Shown here: positions 11,547 to 21,636 of the stretch, piece after piece
How positions within the stretch are numbered: the stretch's first letter is position 1
Layout: each line of letters begins with the position of its first letter
Assembly: GCF_001194135.2 (NCBI RefSeq)
Contig: NC_069008.1
Coordinates: 13,240,980-13,304,979, forward strand
DNA from: Octopus bimaculoides
Taxonomy: Eukaryota
Direction: 5' to 3'
Length of the DNA stretch: 64,000 nt
Program-made: the position numbers and the translations under genes
The notes under the pieces: model-generated
What the model was told of the DNA's origin: nothing
Databases searched by the model: none
The model's input: only the letters and a program-made list of their open reading frames with translations

Positions 11547-12593
11547 ATGCATCAGACCAGTGATATCTGTGGAAAGTCCTTTTCCCAAAAAGGTCAGCTC
11601 AGAGTTCACAAACGTATTCATGCAGGAGAGAAACTATACCACTGTATTATATGTGGTAAATCGTTCTCTGAAAGATGTAAATTAACCAGACACAAACGAA
11701 TTCATACAGGAGAGAAACCATATCAGTGTGACATCTGTGGTAAATCATTCTATTGCAAAAATAGCCTAACTACTCACAAATACATTCATACAGGAGAGAA
11801 ACCATTTCCCTGTGACATTTGTGGTACATCATTCTCTCAAAGAGGACACTTAACTACTCACAAACGCATCCATACTGGAGAGAAACCATATGATTGTGAT
11901 GTTTGTGGTAAGTCATTCTCTCAAAATGGTGATTTAACTAAACACAAACGTATTCATGCAGTTGAGAAGCCATATAACTGTACTATCTGTAGTAAGTCAT
12001 TCTCTCAAAATGATCAGCTAACAGCACACAAGCGCATTCATACAGGTGAGAGGCCATGTAACTGTGATGTTTGTGGTAAATCATTCTCTCAGACTCATCA
12101 CCTAACCAAACACAAGCGCATTCATACAGGGGAGAGGCCATATATTTGTGATATCTGTGGTAAATCATTCTCTCAAAATGATCACCTAACCAAGCACAAA
12201 CGCATTCATACAGGAGAGAAACCATATAACTGTGATGTCTGTGGTAAATCTTTCTCTCAAAGCCCTCATCTAACCAAACACAAACGCATTCATACAGGAG
12301 AGAAGCCATATAACTGTGATGTCTGTGGTAAATCATTCACTCAAAATCATGATTTAACTAAACACAAGCGCATTCATACAGGAGAGAAGCCATATAATTG
12401 TGATATCTGCAACAAATCATTCTCTCATACAGCCAGCTTAACCACACATAGACGCATTCATACAGGAGAGAAGCCATATCATTGTGATATCTGTGGTAAA
12501 TCCTTCTCTGTACGAATTAACCTAACCAGACACAAATACATTCACACTGGAGGGAAATCATATCACAAAGCATCTACAAGTCCTAAAGTTTGA
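11547..12593 (+). CDS. C2H2 zinc-finger protein B: 11 intact fingers plus a broken first finger; N-terminal frameshift
   Basis: 348-aa ORF of tandem fingers. The start homologous to ZNF C (ATG 11507) is out of frame and stops at TGA 11561. Confidence 0.75.
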   Translation: MHQTSDICGKSFSQKGQLRVHKRIHAGEKLYHCIICGKSFSERCKLTRHKRIHTGEKPYQCDICGKSFYCKNSLTTHKYIHTGEKPFPCDICGTSFSQRGHLTTHKRIHTGEKPYDCDVCGKSFSQNGDLTKHKRIHAVEKPYNCTICSKSFSQNDQLTAHKRIHTGERPCNCDVCGKSFSQTHHLTKHKRIHTGERPYICDICGKSFSQNDHLTKHKRIHTGEKPYNCDVCGKSFSQSPHLTKHKRIHTGEKPYNCDVCGKSFTQNHDLTKHKRIHTGEKPYNCDICNKSFSHTASLTTHRRIHTGEKPYHCDICGKSFSVRINLTRHKYIHTGGKSYHKASTSPKV

Positions 12594-13076
12594 ACATTGA
12601 AGTAGTGCTTGCATAGACATAATTGCACAGTTCTTAGCAAGCTTGCTTGCTATGCTGTCTTGGGTAAACATTTCTGGAATTAATTTGCTTCTGGCTGATG
12701 TGAAAAAGGCAAATGAAGAAACACCCAGATAAATTTGTAGCACATAGACATATGCATGTGCTTTGTGAATGTGAACATTAGAGAATCAACAGAATGAAAT
12801 GTTACCTTCCAGTAGGGAAATTAACCTCCCTGTCCTGCAACTTGTATTGTGTAGTTACTATATTTCATACATTTGACATAGTCCAATGCATAGAGATATA
12901 TGAATAATAGTAAATAACATATGATGGATGATGTAATAACAGTAATGTAATCCAGAATCACAATAAAAGACATTACATATTATATTGTTTTATCACATGC
13001 TCTGAGAAGAAATGGATTCCGTTTTTGACATTGACATAAACTGCTATTGAGTTGTGTACAAATATGCCAACTATAT

Positions 13077-13346
13077 TCTCTTTGCCCTTTGAAAGCCTAG
13101 TGTGGTTTCTATGGTGTATGTGTTCCCCCCAGCTGGACGGGACGCCAGTCCATCGCAGCGTTACTCAAGAAACAGGAAGAAAGAGTGAGAGAAAGTTGGG
13201 GCGAAAGAGTACAACGGGTCACCACCATCCGCTGCCGGCGCCTCATAGAGCTTAGGTGTTTTCGCTCAATAAACACTCACAATGCCCGGTCTGGGAATCG
13301 GAACTGCGAGTTCGCTGCCCTAACCACTGGGCCATTGCGCCTCCAC
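13077..13346 (-). mobile_element. SINE A2 (family A 5' half with a different 3' tail), 13-bp TSD
   Basis: TSD atgccaactatat at 13064-13076 and 13347-13359; the tail also occurs at about 33000-33098. Confidence 0.85.
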
Positions 13347-13541
13347 ATGCCAACTATATACATATTTATAATCCTCCAAGAATAGGTAGAAGTTATTTTA
13401 TGCAGTAGAAATTTATACAGGGCCAGCAGACAAAATGTAACTTCTACTCTTAATTTGTTTCTCCATAACTCAGAATTGTACCAAAATGATGCAAGTTTTT
13501 CCTGATATTTCAAAAGCGAATATAAGACACTGTGAATAGGA

Positions 13542-13878
13542 TTTGTTGTTGGCAATCTGTCGCTTACGACGTCGAGGGTTCCAGTTGATCCGATCAACGG
13601 AACAGCCTGCTCGTGAAATTAACGTCCAAGTGGCTGAGCACTCCACAGACATGTGTACCCTTAACGTAGTTCTCGGGAATATTCAGCGTGATACAGTGTG
13701 ACAAGGCTGACCCTTTGAATTACAGGCACAACAGAAACAGGAAGTAAGAGTGAGAGAAAGAGTACAGCAGGGTTCACCACCATCCCCTGCCGGAGCCTCG
13801 TGGAGCTTTAGGTGTTTTCGCTCAATAAATACTCACAACGCCCGGTCTGGGAATCGAAACCGCGAGTCCGCTGCCCTC
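13542..13878 (-). mobile_element. SINE family A with 14-bp TSD
   Basis: TSD cactg(t/a)gaatagga at 13528-13541 and 13879-13892; empty site in the paralog near 29775. Confidence 0.85.
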
Positions 13879-14404
13879 CACTGAGAATAGGATACACATG
13901 AAAGATTATGTATAAAACCTGAAGATGGTGAAATAATGAGTGAAGGAATCAAACGAGAACCAGCTCAGCATGACATACAGAAGGATTTTATGAGTCCCTC
14001 ATTAAATCTGAAATCCAAATTTAAACCAAATGTAAAAAATAACAACAACAGCAATTAATTAAAAAAGTATAACCACTTTTATATGACATTAACTAGGAAT
14101 TCAAATATCAGAGAATTGTACAAATTAGGTACATTTATCCTTGTTCATGAAGGGTGATTTCTTCCCCGCCAAAACCACTGTGTTGAATGAATCAGTAATA
14201 AATGAGTAATAGAACATTGATCCCAGAACTGTTTCTTATTTTATTGACCCTGGAGGATTATATATATGTTTTTTTATTGACCCTTGGCAGGATTGGAACC
14301 CAGAATATAAATCAGGATGAGATACTACTTAGCATTTTGTTTGACATGCTAAAAGCTCTGACAGTTCACTGCTTTAATAGTTTATTATTATTATTATTAT
14401 TATT

Positions 14405-14720
14405 GTTCAGTGGTTTTATTTTTATAACGTGCTTTCACTTCACTACCGAGCGCAGCTCTGTGTGCCTTGGGTATGTGCTGTGGTTTGCTGTGGTGCTCTT
14501 ATGGTTACTGTATTGAAAGTGTTTTGCGTAGGATGTGTGCAGTGCCCAGTAGTGCAATTTTCTGTATGTTATATATATTTGTAAGTCCTGGTGTTTTTGT
14601 TATGTATTTGTCTGAATATTTTTTTATTATACCTAAGGTGCCTACTATGATAGGAATTGTTTCTGTTTTCAGATTCCACATTCGAGTTACCTCTATTTCC
14701 AGATCTTTGTATTTTGAAAG
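14405..14720 (-). mobile_element. R4/Dong-clade non-LTR retrotransposon 3' fragment (restriction-like endonuclease C-terminus)
   Basis: Minus strand reads LSKYKDLEIEVTRMWNLKTETIPIIVGTLGIIKKYSDKY...IQKIALLGTAHILRKTLSIQ*; (TTA)n on both sides. Confidence 0.8.
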
Positions 14721-15084
14721 TTATTATTATTATTATTATTATTATAACAGTAATAATCTTTTTCTACTAAAGGCACTAGGCCTGAAGTTTTGTGGTGGGG
14801 GTGGGGCTAGTTGACTACATCAACCCCAGTGCTCAACTGATACCTATTCCATCAACCCTGAAAGGATGAAAGGCAAAGTTGACCTCAGAGGAATTTGAAC
14901 TCAGAACGTAAAGCCAGACAAAATGCTGCTAAGCATTTTGTCTGATGTGCTTAGCAGGAGTGAGAGAGTGATAGATACATAGATAGGTATTGTCGTCACC
15001 ATAGTAACTAACAAGTTTTGGTTGTCCCAACCCAATAGAACACAAACTTCAAAAAATTACTATCGCTAACCACTACACACATTT

Positions 15085-15175
15085 TTTTTCTCTCCTTGTT
15101 TCTTTCTGTAGAAGAGCATAGGCTCGAAACGTTAAAGACTTTTTCACTTCCCGAGCGTTATACTAATACATCTGT
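15085..15175 (+). mobile_element. Penelope-like terminal repeat fragment carrying hammerhead-like motif H2 (15101-15138)
   Basis: tcttt CTGTAGA a gagc atag gctc GAAA cgtt aaaga; the reverse-complement copy at 58050-58135 abuts a Penelope RT fragment. Confidence 0.6.
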
Positions 15176-15379
15176 TTTGAGAAGCAAAACTCTTTTTCTC
15201 TGGTAGGAGAATAAATGCCAAAAGAGCTAGTATTGCTCAAGAATTCCATCTTGCATTACTTAAGTTGCTGCTTTTTGGGTTGATAGCTTGGAAGATATTA
15301 CTAACCTGGTTGCAGTTCCAATTTTGCTATACTTCCTCCTTGTTTGTGTGGATTCTTCATCGGATTTTTCAGACTCTTG

Positions 15380-16005
15380 ATATTCAATTTCAGTCTCTTC
15401 CTAGTGAGACAGTTGCAGGGAAAGTACTTGACCAAACGCAAGCCATTGTAATTAGCCTTCATCAACCTGGAGAAAGCTTTCAACAGAGTTCCCCACTCTG
15501 TTATATGGTGGTCTCTAAGGAAGTAGAAGGGTGGCTTGTTAGAGCTGTCCAATCCATGTATAGTGGTGCTGTCAGTAAGGTGAGAGTCGGCCATGAATAG
15601 TGATGAATTAAGCGTACAGGTAAGGGATTACCAGGGCTCAGTTGTCAGCCCATTAATATTATATTCCTATTCATTATAATCCTCCAAGCCATGACAAAGG
15701 AATTCAAAACTGGGTACCTGTGGGAATTTCTATACTTTGATCACCTTGCTCTTATTGAAAAATCTTTAGCAGAATTGGAGAAGAAATTTCAGGTATAGAA
15801 ACAAAACCTGGAATCAAAGGGCCTTAAAGTTAACCTAGCTAAGACCAAAGTTGTTAGTAAGAAAGAAGATAAAACTCTCTCCCCATCAGGTAAATGGCCC
15901 TGCTCAATATGTAGGAAAGGAGTTGGAAGAAATTCTATTTGCTGCACCCAGTGTAAACTATGGACACATAAGAGATACAGTGGAATCACAGGTAGATTAA
16001 CGCAC
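15380..16005 (+). mobile_element. Degenerate RTE-clade LINE reverse transcriptase fragment
   Basis: WLVRAVQSMYSGAVSKVRVG...QGSVVSPL...LESKGLKVNLAKTKV...WPCSICRKGVGRNSICCTQCKLWTHKR, with stops and frameshifts. Confidence 0.8.
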
Positions 16006-16689
16006 CTGTTTCTGTCTTCATTCCTGATCTCTCTCTCAGGCTGGGTAACCTTGTACCTCCTCTGCAGCAAGACACCTGTTTCTGCCTCTGTTTCACTATA
16101 ACCTTTCATCATCTGACATAAGATCAGCTCCTCAAATTCCCCCTCCCCTCTCAAAAGATTTGTCTTGCAGGTGACTTGGTGACCCTGTCAGTGCAGGTGC
16201 CACTTAAAAAGCATCTGGTCCACACTGTAAAGTGGTTGGTATTCAGAAGGGCATCCAGGTGTAAACAAAACCTTTCCAAAACTGACCTTACCTGTGCATG
16301 TGCCATGTAAAAAACAATAAGCCCACTCTGCTGAGTTGCTGAAGTCTGGTGCAGGCTTCTGTCAAACCGTCCCACCCATGCCAGCATGGAAGGTGAATGT
16401 TAAGTGATGATACTCTTTTACTTGTTTCAGTCATTTGATTGCAGCCATGCTGGAGCACTGCCTTTAGTCAAAGAAATCGACCCCAGGACCTGTTTCTGTC
16501 TTCATTCCTGATACCTCTCTCTTTCTCAGGCTGGGTACCCAGTTTTGAATTCCTTTGTCATGGCCTGGAGGATTATAATGAATAGGAATATAATATTAAT
16601 GGGCTGACAACTGAGCCCTGATAATCCCTTACCTGTATGCTTAATTCACCACTGTATTCATGGCCGACTCTCACCTTACTGACAGCACG

Positions 16690-16945
16690 ACTAAGCCTAG
16701 TACTTATTCTATCAGTCTCTTTTGTAGAACCGCTAAGTTACAGGGCCATAAACACACCACCATTGGTTGTCAAGCAATGTTGGGAGAACAAACAGATACA
16801 CACACACACACATATATATATATATTTATATATATATACATATATACGATGGGCTTCTTTCAGTTTCTGTTTACCAAATCCACTCAAGGCTTTGGTTGAC
16901 CCGAGGCTATAGTAGAAGACACTTGCCCAAGGTACCACGCAGTGA
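16690..16945 (-). mobile_element. SINE family C fragment
   Basis: Matches the reverse complement of 35605-35988, including the internal (CA)/(TA) microsatellite. Confidence 0.8.
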
Positions 16946-17514
16946 GAATGAACAGGGAAGTGCAGCATTGATAACAAAAGATTTGTGGAGCAAATGAAGG
17001 GCTAATTTTGACTAAGTGACATATCATGCATCTGTTTGGNNNNNNNNNNNNNGCAATGTTGGGAGAACAAACAGATACACACACACACACATATATATAT
17101 ATATTTATATATATATACATATATACGATGGGCTTCTTTCAGTTTCTGTTTACCAAATCCACTCAAGGCTTTGGTTGACCCGAGGCTATAGTAGAAGACA
17201 CTTGCCCAAGGTACCACGCAGTGAGAATGAACAGGGAAGTGCAGCATTGATAACAAAAGATTTGTGGAGCAAATGAAGGGCTAATTTTGACTAAGTGACA
17301 TATCATGCATCTGTTTGGAAGATTCCAGGCCCTAACCTTGTCATAGAAAAGTGGGTGGGTGGGTGCAATTTTTGAATGTATCAATTGACTATTCCCCTTA
17401 CCCAAAAAGTTTCAAGGTCTTGTGCCTAGAGTAGAAATAATTATATCAAGTAGGTGAAATAGGGTACTTCCAAAGGGTCTCTAGAGTAAGGTAATTCAAT
17501 GCAGTGCAAAGCTT

Positions 17515-17820
17515 GGATATCAGGGAGTCTCTCCAGGTCAATCAACCACTTCTCTGCATCGAGAAGTCACAGATCCTGTATTACAGACATGTGATGAGAA
17601 TGTCGTAGGAAAGAATCACAAAACAGATTCTTCAAGTCAAGACAAATGGCAAGAGACATAGGGATAGACCTAGAATGAAATGGTTGGATTATATCCATAT
17701 TGTAAGTGGGTCATGGCTTAAGAAAGACACAGGGGCTTTCAATGAGGGCTGCTTCTGGTAGGATCCAATGGAAGAAGTACCTGCAGTTTCTAACCCATCA
17801 ATCTTCCAGAAATGGTGGGC
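17515..17820 (+). mobile_element. Degenerate RTE LINE 3' end
   Basis: IRESLQVNQPLLCIEKSQILYYRHVMRMS*ERITKQILQVKTNGKRHRDRPRMKWLDYI resembles the RTE C-terminal motif WxGHVxRM...GxRxRGRP. Confidence 0.65.
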
Positions 17821-18104
17821 ACCTAGAAGTAGACCATAAACAAGGTGGTTGGATAATATCCATAGTCTTAATTTCATTACACTTCAGAATTGAGCTAGAA
17901 AATCTAATGAGGGTCACTACTGATAGAACCTTATACACGAAGGGCCTAAGGATTCTACCTCCACAACACTCCAGGAAAAGTGGATGGAGATGGAAAGATG
18001 CATCATGCTGATGATTTCTAAAATGAATGAAATAGTGCTGTACAGGACAACGTCTGACCAGAAATCTTAACTTTTTAATATGCAAAGAAAAATAAAATAA
18101 AATA

Positions 18105-18475
18105 TAACAAGAACACTCAGAGTGCAAACCTCCACCATGGCAACACCAACGTCCTCTCAAAGAGTAACCAGAGATGATTTTTAAAATGAGAATATCTGAA
18201 ATATACTCAACTGCTCTCACAAATGAGAATACTAAAAATGAACCTGACTGCTCTCAAAAATTAAGTAGAAAAAAAATCCAAAATCCTTGTCCGGTACTGG
18301 ATCGATCTCAAAATCTAATCAGTTTGTGCCAATCATGAGGCCAAACATCCCCTGAAAGCTTCATCTGAATCCATCCAGCAGGTCTTGAGATATCTTGTCC
18401 ATGGACAAACAAACAAACAAACATGACTGAGAACAATACCTCTGCCTTCGCAAAGGTGGAGCTAATAAAATAAAA
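18105..18475 (+). mobile_element. Helentron/HINE-like non-autonomous element
   Basis: 5' acctccacc subterminal repeat and 3' palindrome acctctgccttcgcaaaggtggagc; second 3' copy at about 50555-50746. Confidence 0.55.
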
Positions 18476-19004
18476 ACAAAATAAAATATATACATTCTAT
18501 GCATTTTGTTGTTCCTTACTGCTTAATTTCAGATTCAAATTTTAATCACACCAAATATTATGAAGATATGATTATCTGCCAGAATGCAACTCATGTATTA
18601 TCATTATGTGCATGAATTGGTAAACTGACAGAAATGGTAATGTTACAGAAAATGTTTGGTGGTATTCAGTCTGTCTTTATGTCCATAGTTCAAATTTCTG
18701 CACATGTTGGCTCTGATCCTTTCACCCTTTTTGGGTCATAAAAGAGTACCAGTTGAGTAACCATGTGGATGTTCAACAAGCCCCAATCTGTGCCCCTATT
18801 TTAGGCCTTGTGCCCAGAGGAAAAAGAATAGTTATTATTTCAGTATACTGTAGATTTAGAATAAGTGTACCATATCCCTGCTTGTCTCAAGGGGTAACTA
18901 AACTATTTATCACCCAGAAAGTTTAACTGTACATTTATGAACAAAAGTGATTTTTAAACTTTTATTGTTGTTGTACGTTGCAATGGCTTTTGGAATTGAT
19001 ACAG

Positions 19005-20204
19005 TTAAATTTCTATGTGAGTAGATACATGTGTTGTCAAATGACCTGTTTGAAGGAATCCTTTACCACAGACAATACACACATATGGCTTCTCTCCTGT
19101 ATGAATACGTTTGTGCTTATTTAAGTTACCACAATCTGAGAATGACTTACCACAGACAACACACTCATATGGCTTCTCTCCTGTATGAATACGTCTGTGC
19201 CTTATCAAGTCAGAACTTTTACAGAATGCTTTACCACAGATGTTACACTGATATGGTTTCTCTCTTGTGTGGCTTCGTTTGTGGTAAGTTAAGCCATGAT
19301 ATACAGAGAATGATTTACCACAGGTATCACAATGATATGGTGTCTCTCCTGTATGAATTCGCTTGTGGCTGGTTAATGCACTACTTACAGAGAATGATGT
19401 ACCACAGATATCACAGTGATATGGCTTCTCTCCTGTATGAGTACGTTTGTGCCTTATTAAATTAGTACTTATAGAGAATGCTTTACCACAGACGTCACAC
19501 TGATATGGTTTCTTTCTTGTGTGACTTTGTTTGTGTGAAGTTAAGCTATGATTCAGAAAGAATGATTTGCCACAGATATCACAATGGTATGGCTTTTCTT
19601 TTGTATGAATACATTTGTGTCTGGTTAATTCACTATTTTGAGAGAATGATTTACCACAGATATCACACTGATATGGTTTCTCTCCTGTATGAACATGTTT
19701 ATGTATAGTTAAGCTACCCTTATCAGGGAATGATTTATCACAGATATCACAATGATATAGTGTCTCTTTTGTGTGAATGCATTTGTGTTTAATCAAGAAA
19801 TCCTTTCGAGTGAATGCTTTATTACAAACATCACAATGGTATGGCTTCTCTCCTGTGTGAACGCGTTTGTGTGTAATTACTTGACCATTCCGAGAGAAGG
19901 ATTGACCACAGATATCACACTGGTATGGCCTCTCTCCAGTGTGAATACGTTTGTGTGTAATTAAGTGACCATTCTGAGAGAATGATTTACCACAGATATC
20001 ACACTGATAGGGTTTCTCTCCTGTATGAATATGTTTGTGTTTAGAAAGATTACTATTATGAGAGAATGATTTACCACAGATATCACACTGATAGGGTTTC
20101 TCTCCTGTATGAATATGTTTGTGAGTAGTGAGACTTTGTTTTAGAGAGAAGGACTTTTTACAGATACCACAGTCATATGATAATTTTCTTATTCCTTTCA
20201 ACAT
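19005..20204 (-). CDS. C2H2 zinc-finger protein D: 14 fingers, paralog of A
   Basis: Intact [15 protein letters not shown]...; upstream 20220-21050 is the inverted homolog of 360-1110. Confidence 0.9.
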   Translation of the reverse strand: MLKGIRKLSYDCGICKKSFSLKQSLTTHKHIHTGEKPYQCDICGKSFSHNSNLSKHKHIHTGEKPYQCDICGKSFSQNGHLITHKRIHTGERPYQCDICGQSFSRNGQVITHKRVHTGEKPYHCDVCNKAFTRKDFLIKHKCIHTKETLYHCDICDKSFPDKGSLTIHKHVHTGEKPYQCDICGKSFSQNSELTRHKCIHTKEKPYHCDICGKSFFLNHSLTSHKQSHTRKKPYQCDVCGKAFSISTNLIRHKRTHTGEKPYHCDICGTSFSVSSALTSHKRIHTGETPYHCDTCGKSFSVYHGLTYHKRSHTREKPYQCNICGKAFCKSSDLIRHRRIHTGEKPYECVVCGKSFSDCGNLNKHKRIHTGEKPYVCIVCGKGFLQTGHLTTHVSTHIEI

Positions 20205-21078
20205 GTCTTCAAGAGAAATCACTCCTTCAAGATTCTTGAATAATTTTTCAAAGTTTTTGCATCACAATATTTAGACATTGTTCTGAATTTTGTTTGTGTA
20301 TTCTATTCCTTAAAAATATTTCTGCCTTAAGGTTTCCATCAACTGTAAACATTAATATTTTGAGATTGTATAGATCTGATTTTAATTTGTCCATGTTTAG
20401 CCCTAAGTGGCAGTAAACGGTTGCATGCACGTGTGTGCCAAACTGGTCCCGTCCCCCAAAATCTCTTTTCTTAAAGGTTATTTTTATACTTATTTTCAAT
20501 TTAAATAAGTACAAAAATTATAATTGTTTGTCTCTTGCACAATGAAATTTCCAATCTAATTATTGATAAGTGCCGTAAAATAATCACTTTCTTTCGATGG
20601 TGGCTGTATCCATGCAAAACCTTTTGAAACAGTAACTGATGATATCTGCTGTTCTCTAATGAAATATTAATTGATGACATCTGTTGTTAATCAGAATAGA
20701 AATCCTGTTCTACATATTTCAGACAATGCCATTGATCTCAGTTCCAAAGAAATATTTCACAAACAGATTTATCAAAACATAATTCTATAAGATCTGGGTA
20801 ATGTCTCCTTTTAGTCTTCATAAATATTGATGATCAATCTGATGGAAACAGTTCTTTCATACCAATGTTCTTCAATATTCTGAAAGTACAGAAAAACAAC
20901 AGAAGATGCTGAAAATGTAAAGATAAAACAGAAGATCTTTGAGGATAATATGACATTTTTTGGTGGGGGTGGGGGTGGGGGGAGACAGTGCAACTTGCAG
21001 CACATAAAGCTCTAAATAACAGCAAATAAAATATTGGCCTGGAAAACAGAGAGAATTAAGCAGCAGTGTTACGATAAA

Positions 21079-21636
21079 GCAGTTGTATACTGTCAATGCA
21101 ATGTGACAGTCCCAATAAGGGAATCATACTGCTGCTATTTAGCCCTAGGAAGCTGGACCGCTTCCTGTCGGCCTTGACACATTTTCTGTGTCCTTATATT
21201 TGCAATGGGGAGACAAGCACCTCCACCCAGCTCAGTGTGCATTCAGGGACATGTTTCTGAGTCATTGCGCGTCATCAGCCTCAAGTAGCAACACTAGCAG
21301 GCTGAAGATGCATGTCAAACCCTCGCAAATATATATATTCTTAGTGAAAACACATTCACTGATTACAAAAATTAGAAATGATCTAATTATAAATCTCACA
21401 GAGACATTTTCAACCAGCTAGTGTTGCTACTTCAAGCTGATGACGCGCAATGACTCAGAAACATGTCCCTGAATGCACGCTGAGCTGGATGGGGGTGCTT
21501 GTCTCCCCCTCGCAAATATAAGGACACAGGAAATGTGTCAAGGCCGACAGAAAGCGGTCCAGCTTCCTAGGGCTAAATAGTAGCAGTATGATTCCCTTAT
21601 TGGGACTATCACATTTAGTTGACAGTATACAACTGC
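21079..21636. repeat. Long palindrome (about 220-bp arms, about 120-bp spacer)
   Basis: 21079-21298 is the reverse complement of 21417-21636 with few mismatches. Confidence 0.95.

Larger units (their letters stand above)
8408..14058 (+). repeat. Segmental duplication unit of ZNF B, paralogous to about 24589-29990 (ZNF C)
   Basis: Collinear homologous blocks 8620-9200/24850-25460, 10690-11560/26790-27550, 12600-12950/28740-29035 and 13360-14040/29480-29970; shared donor AG|GTGAGT (9052, 25313) and acceptor tttcag (10736, 26841). Confidence 0.85.

Noticed and set aside
16774-17317. 279-bp-period exact direct duplication around a 14-N gap
   Set aside because: Identical copies, including microsatellite length, on both sides of a tiny gap are typical of unmerged contig overlaps; probably an assembly artefact
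19031-19964. Plus-strand ORFs over ZNF D (also 11983-12336 and 54323-55078)
   Set aside because: Antisense or alternative-frame shadows of periodic zinc-finger codons
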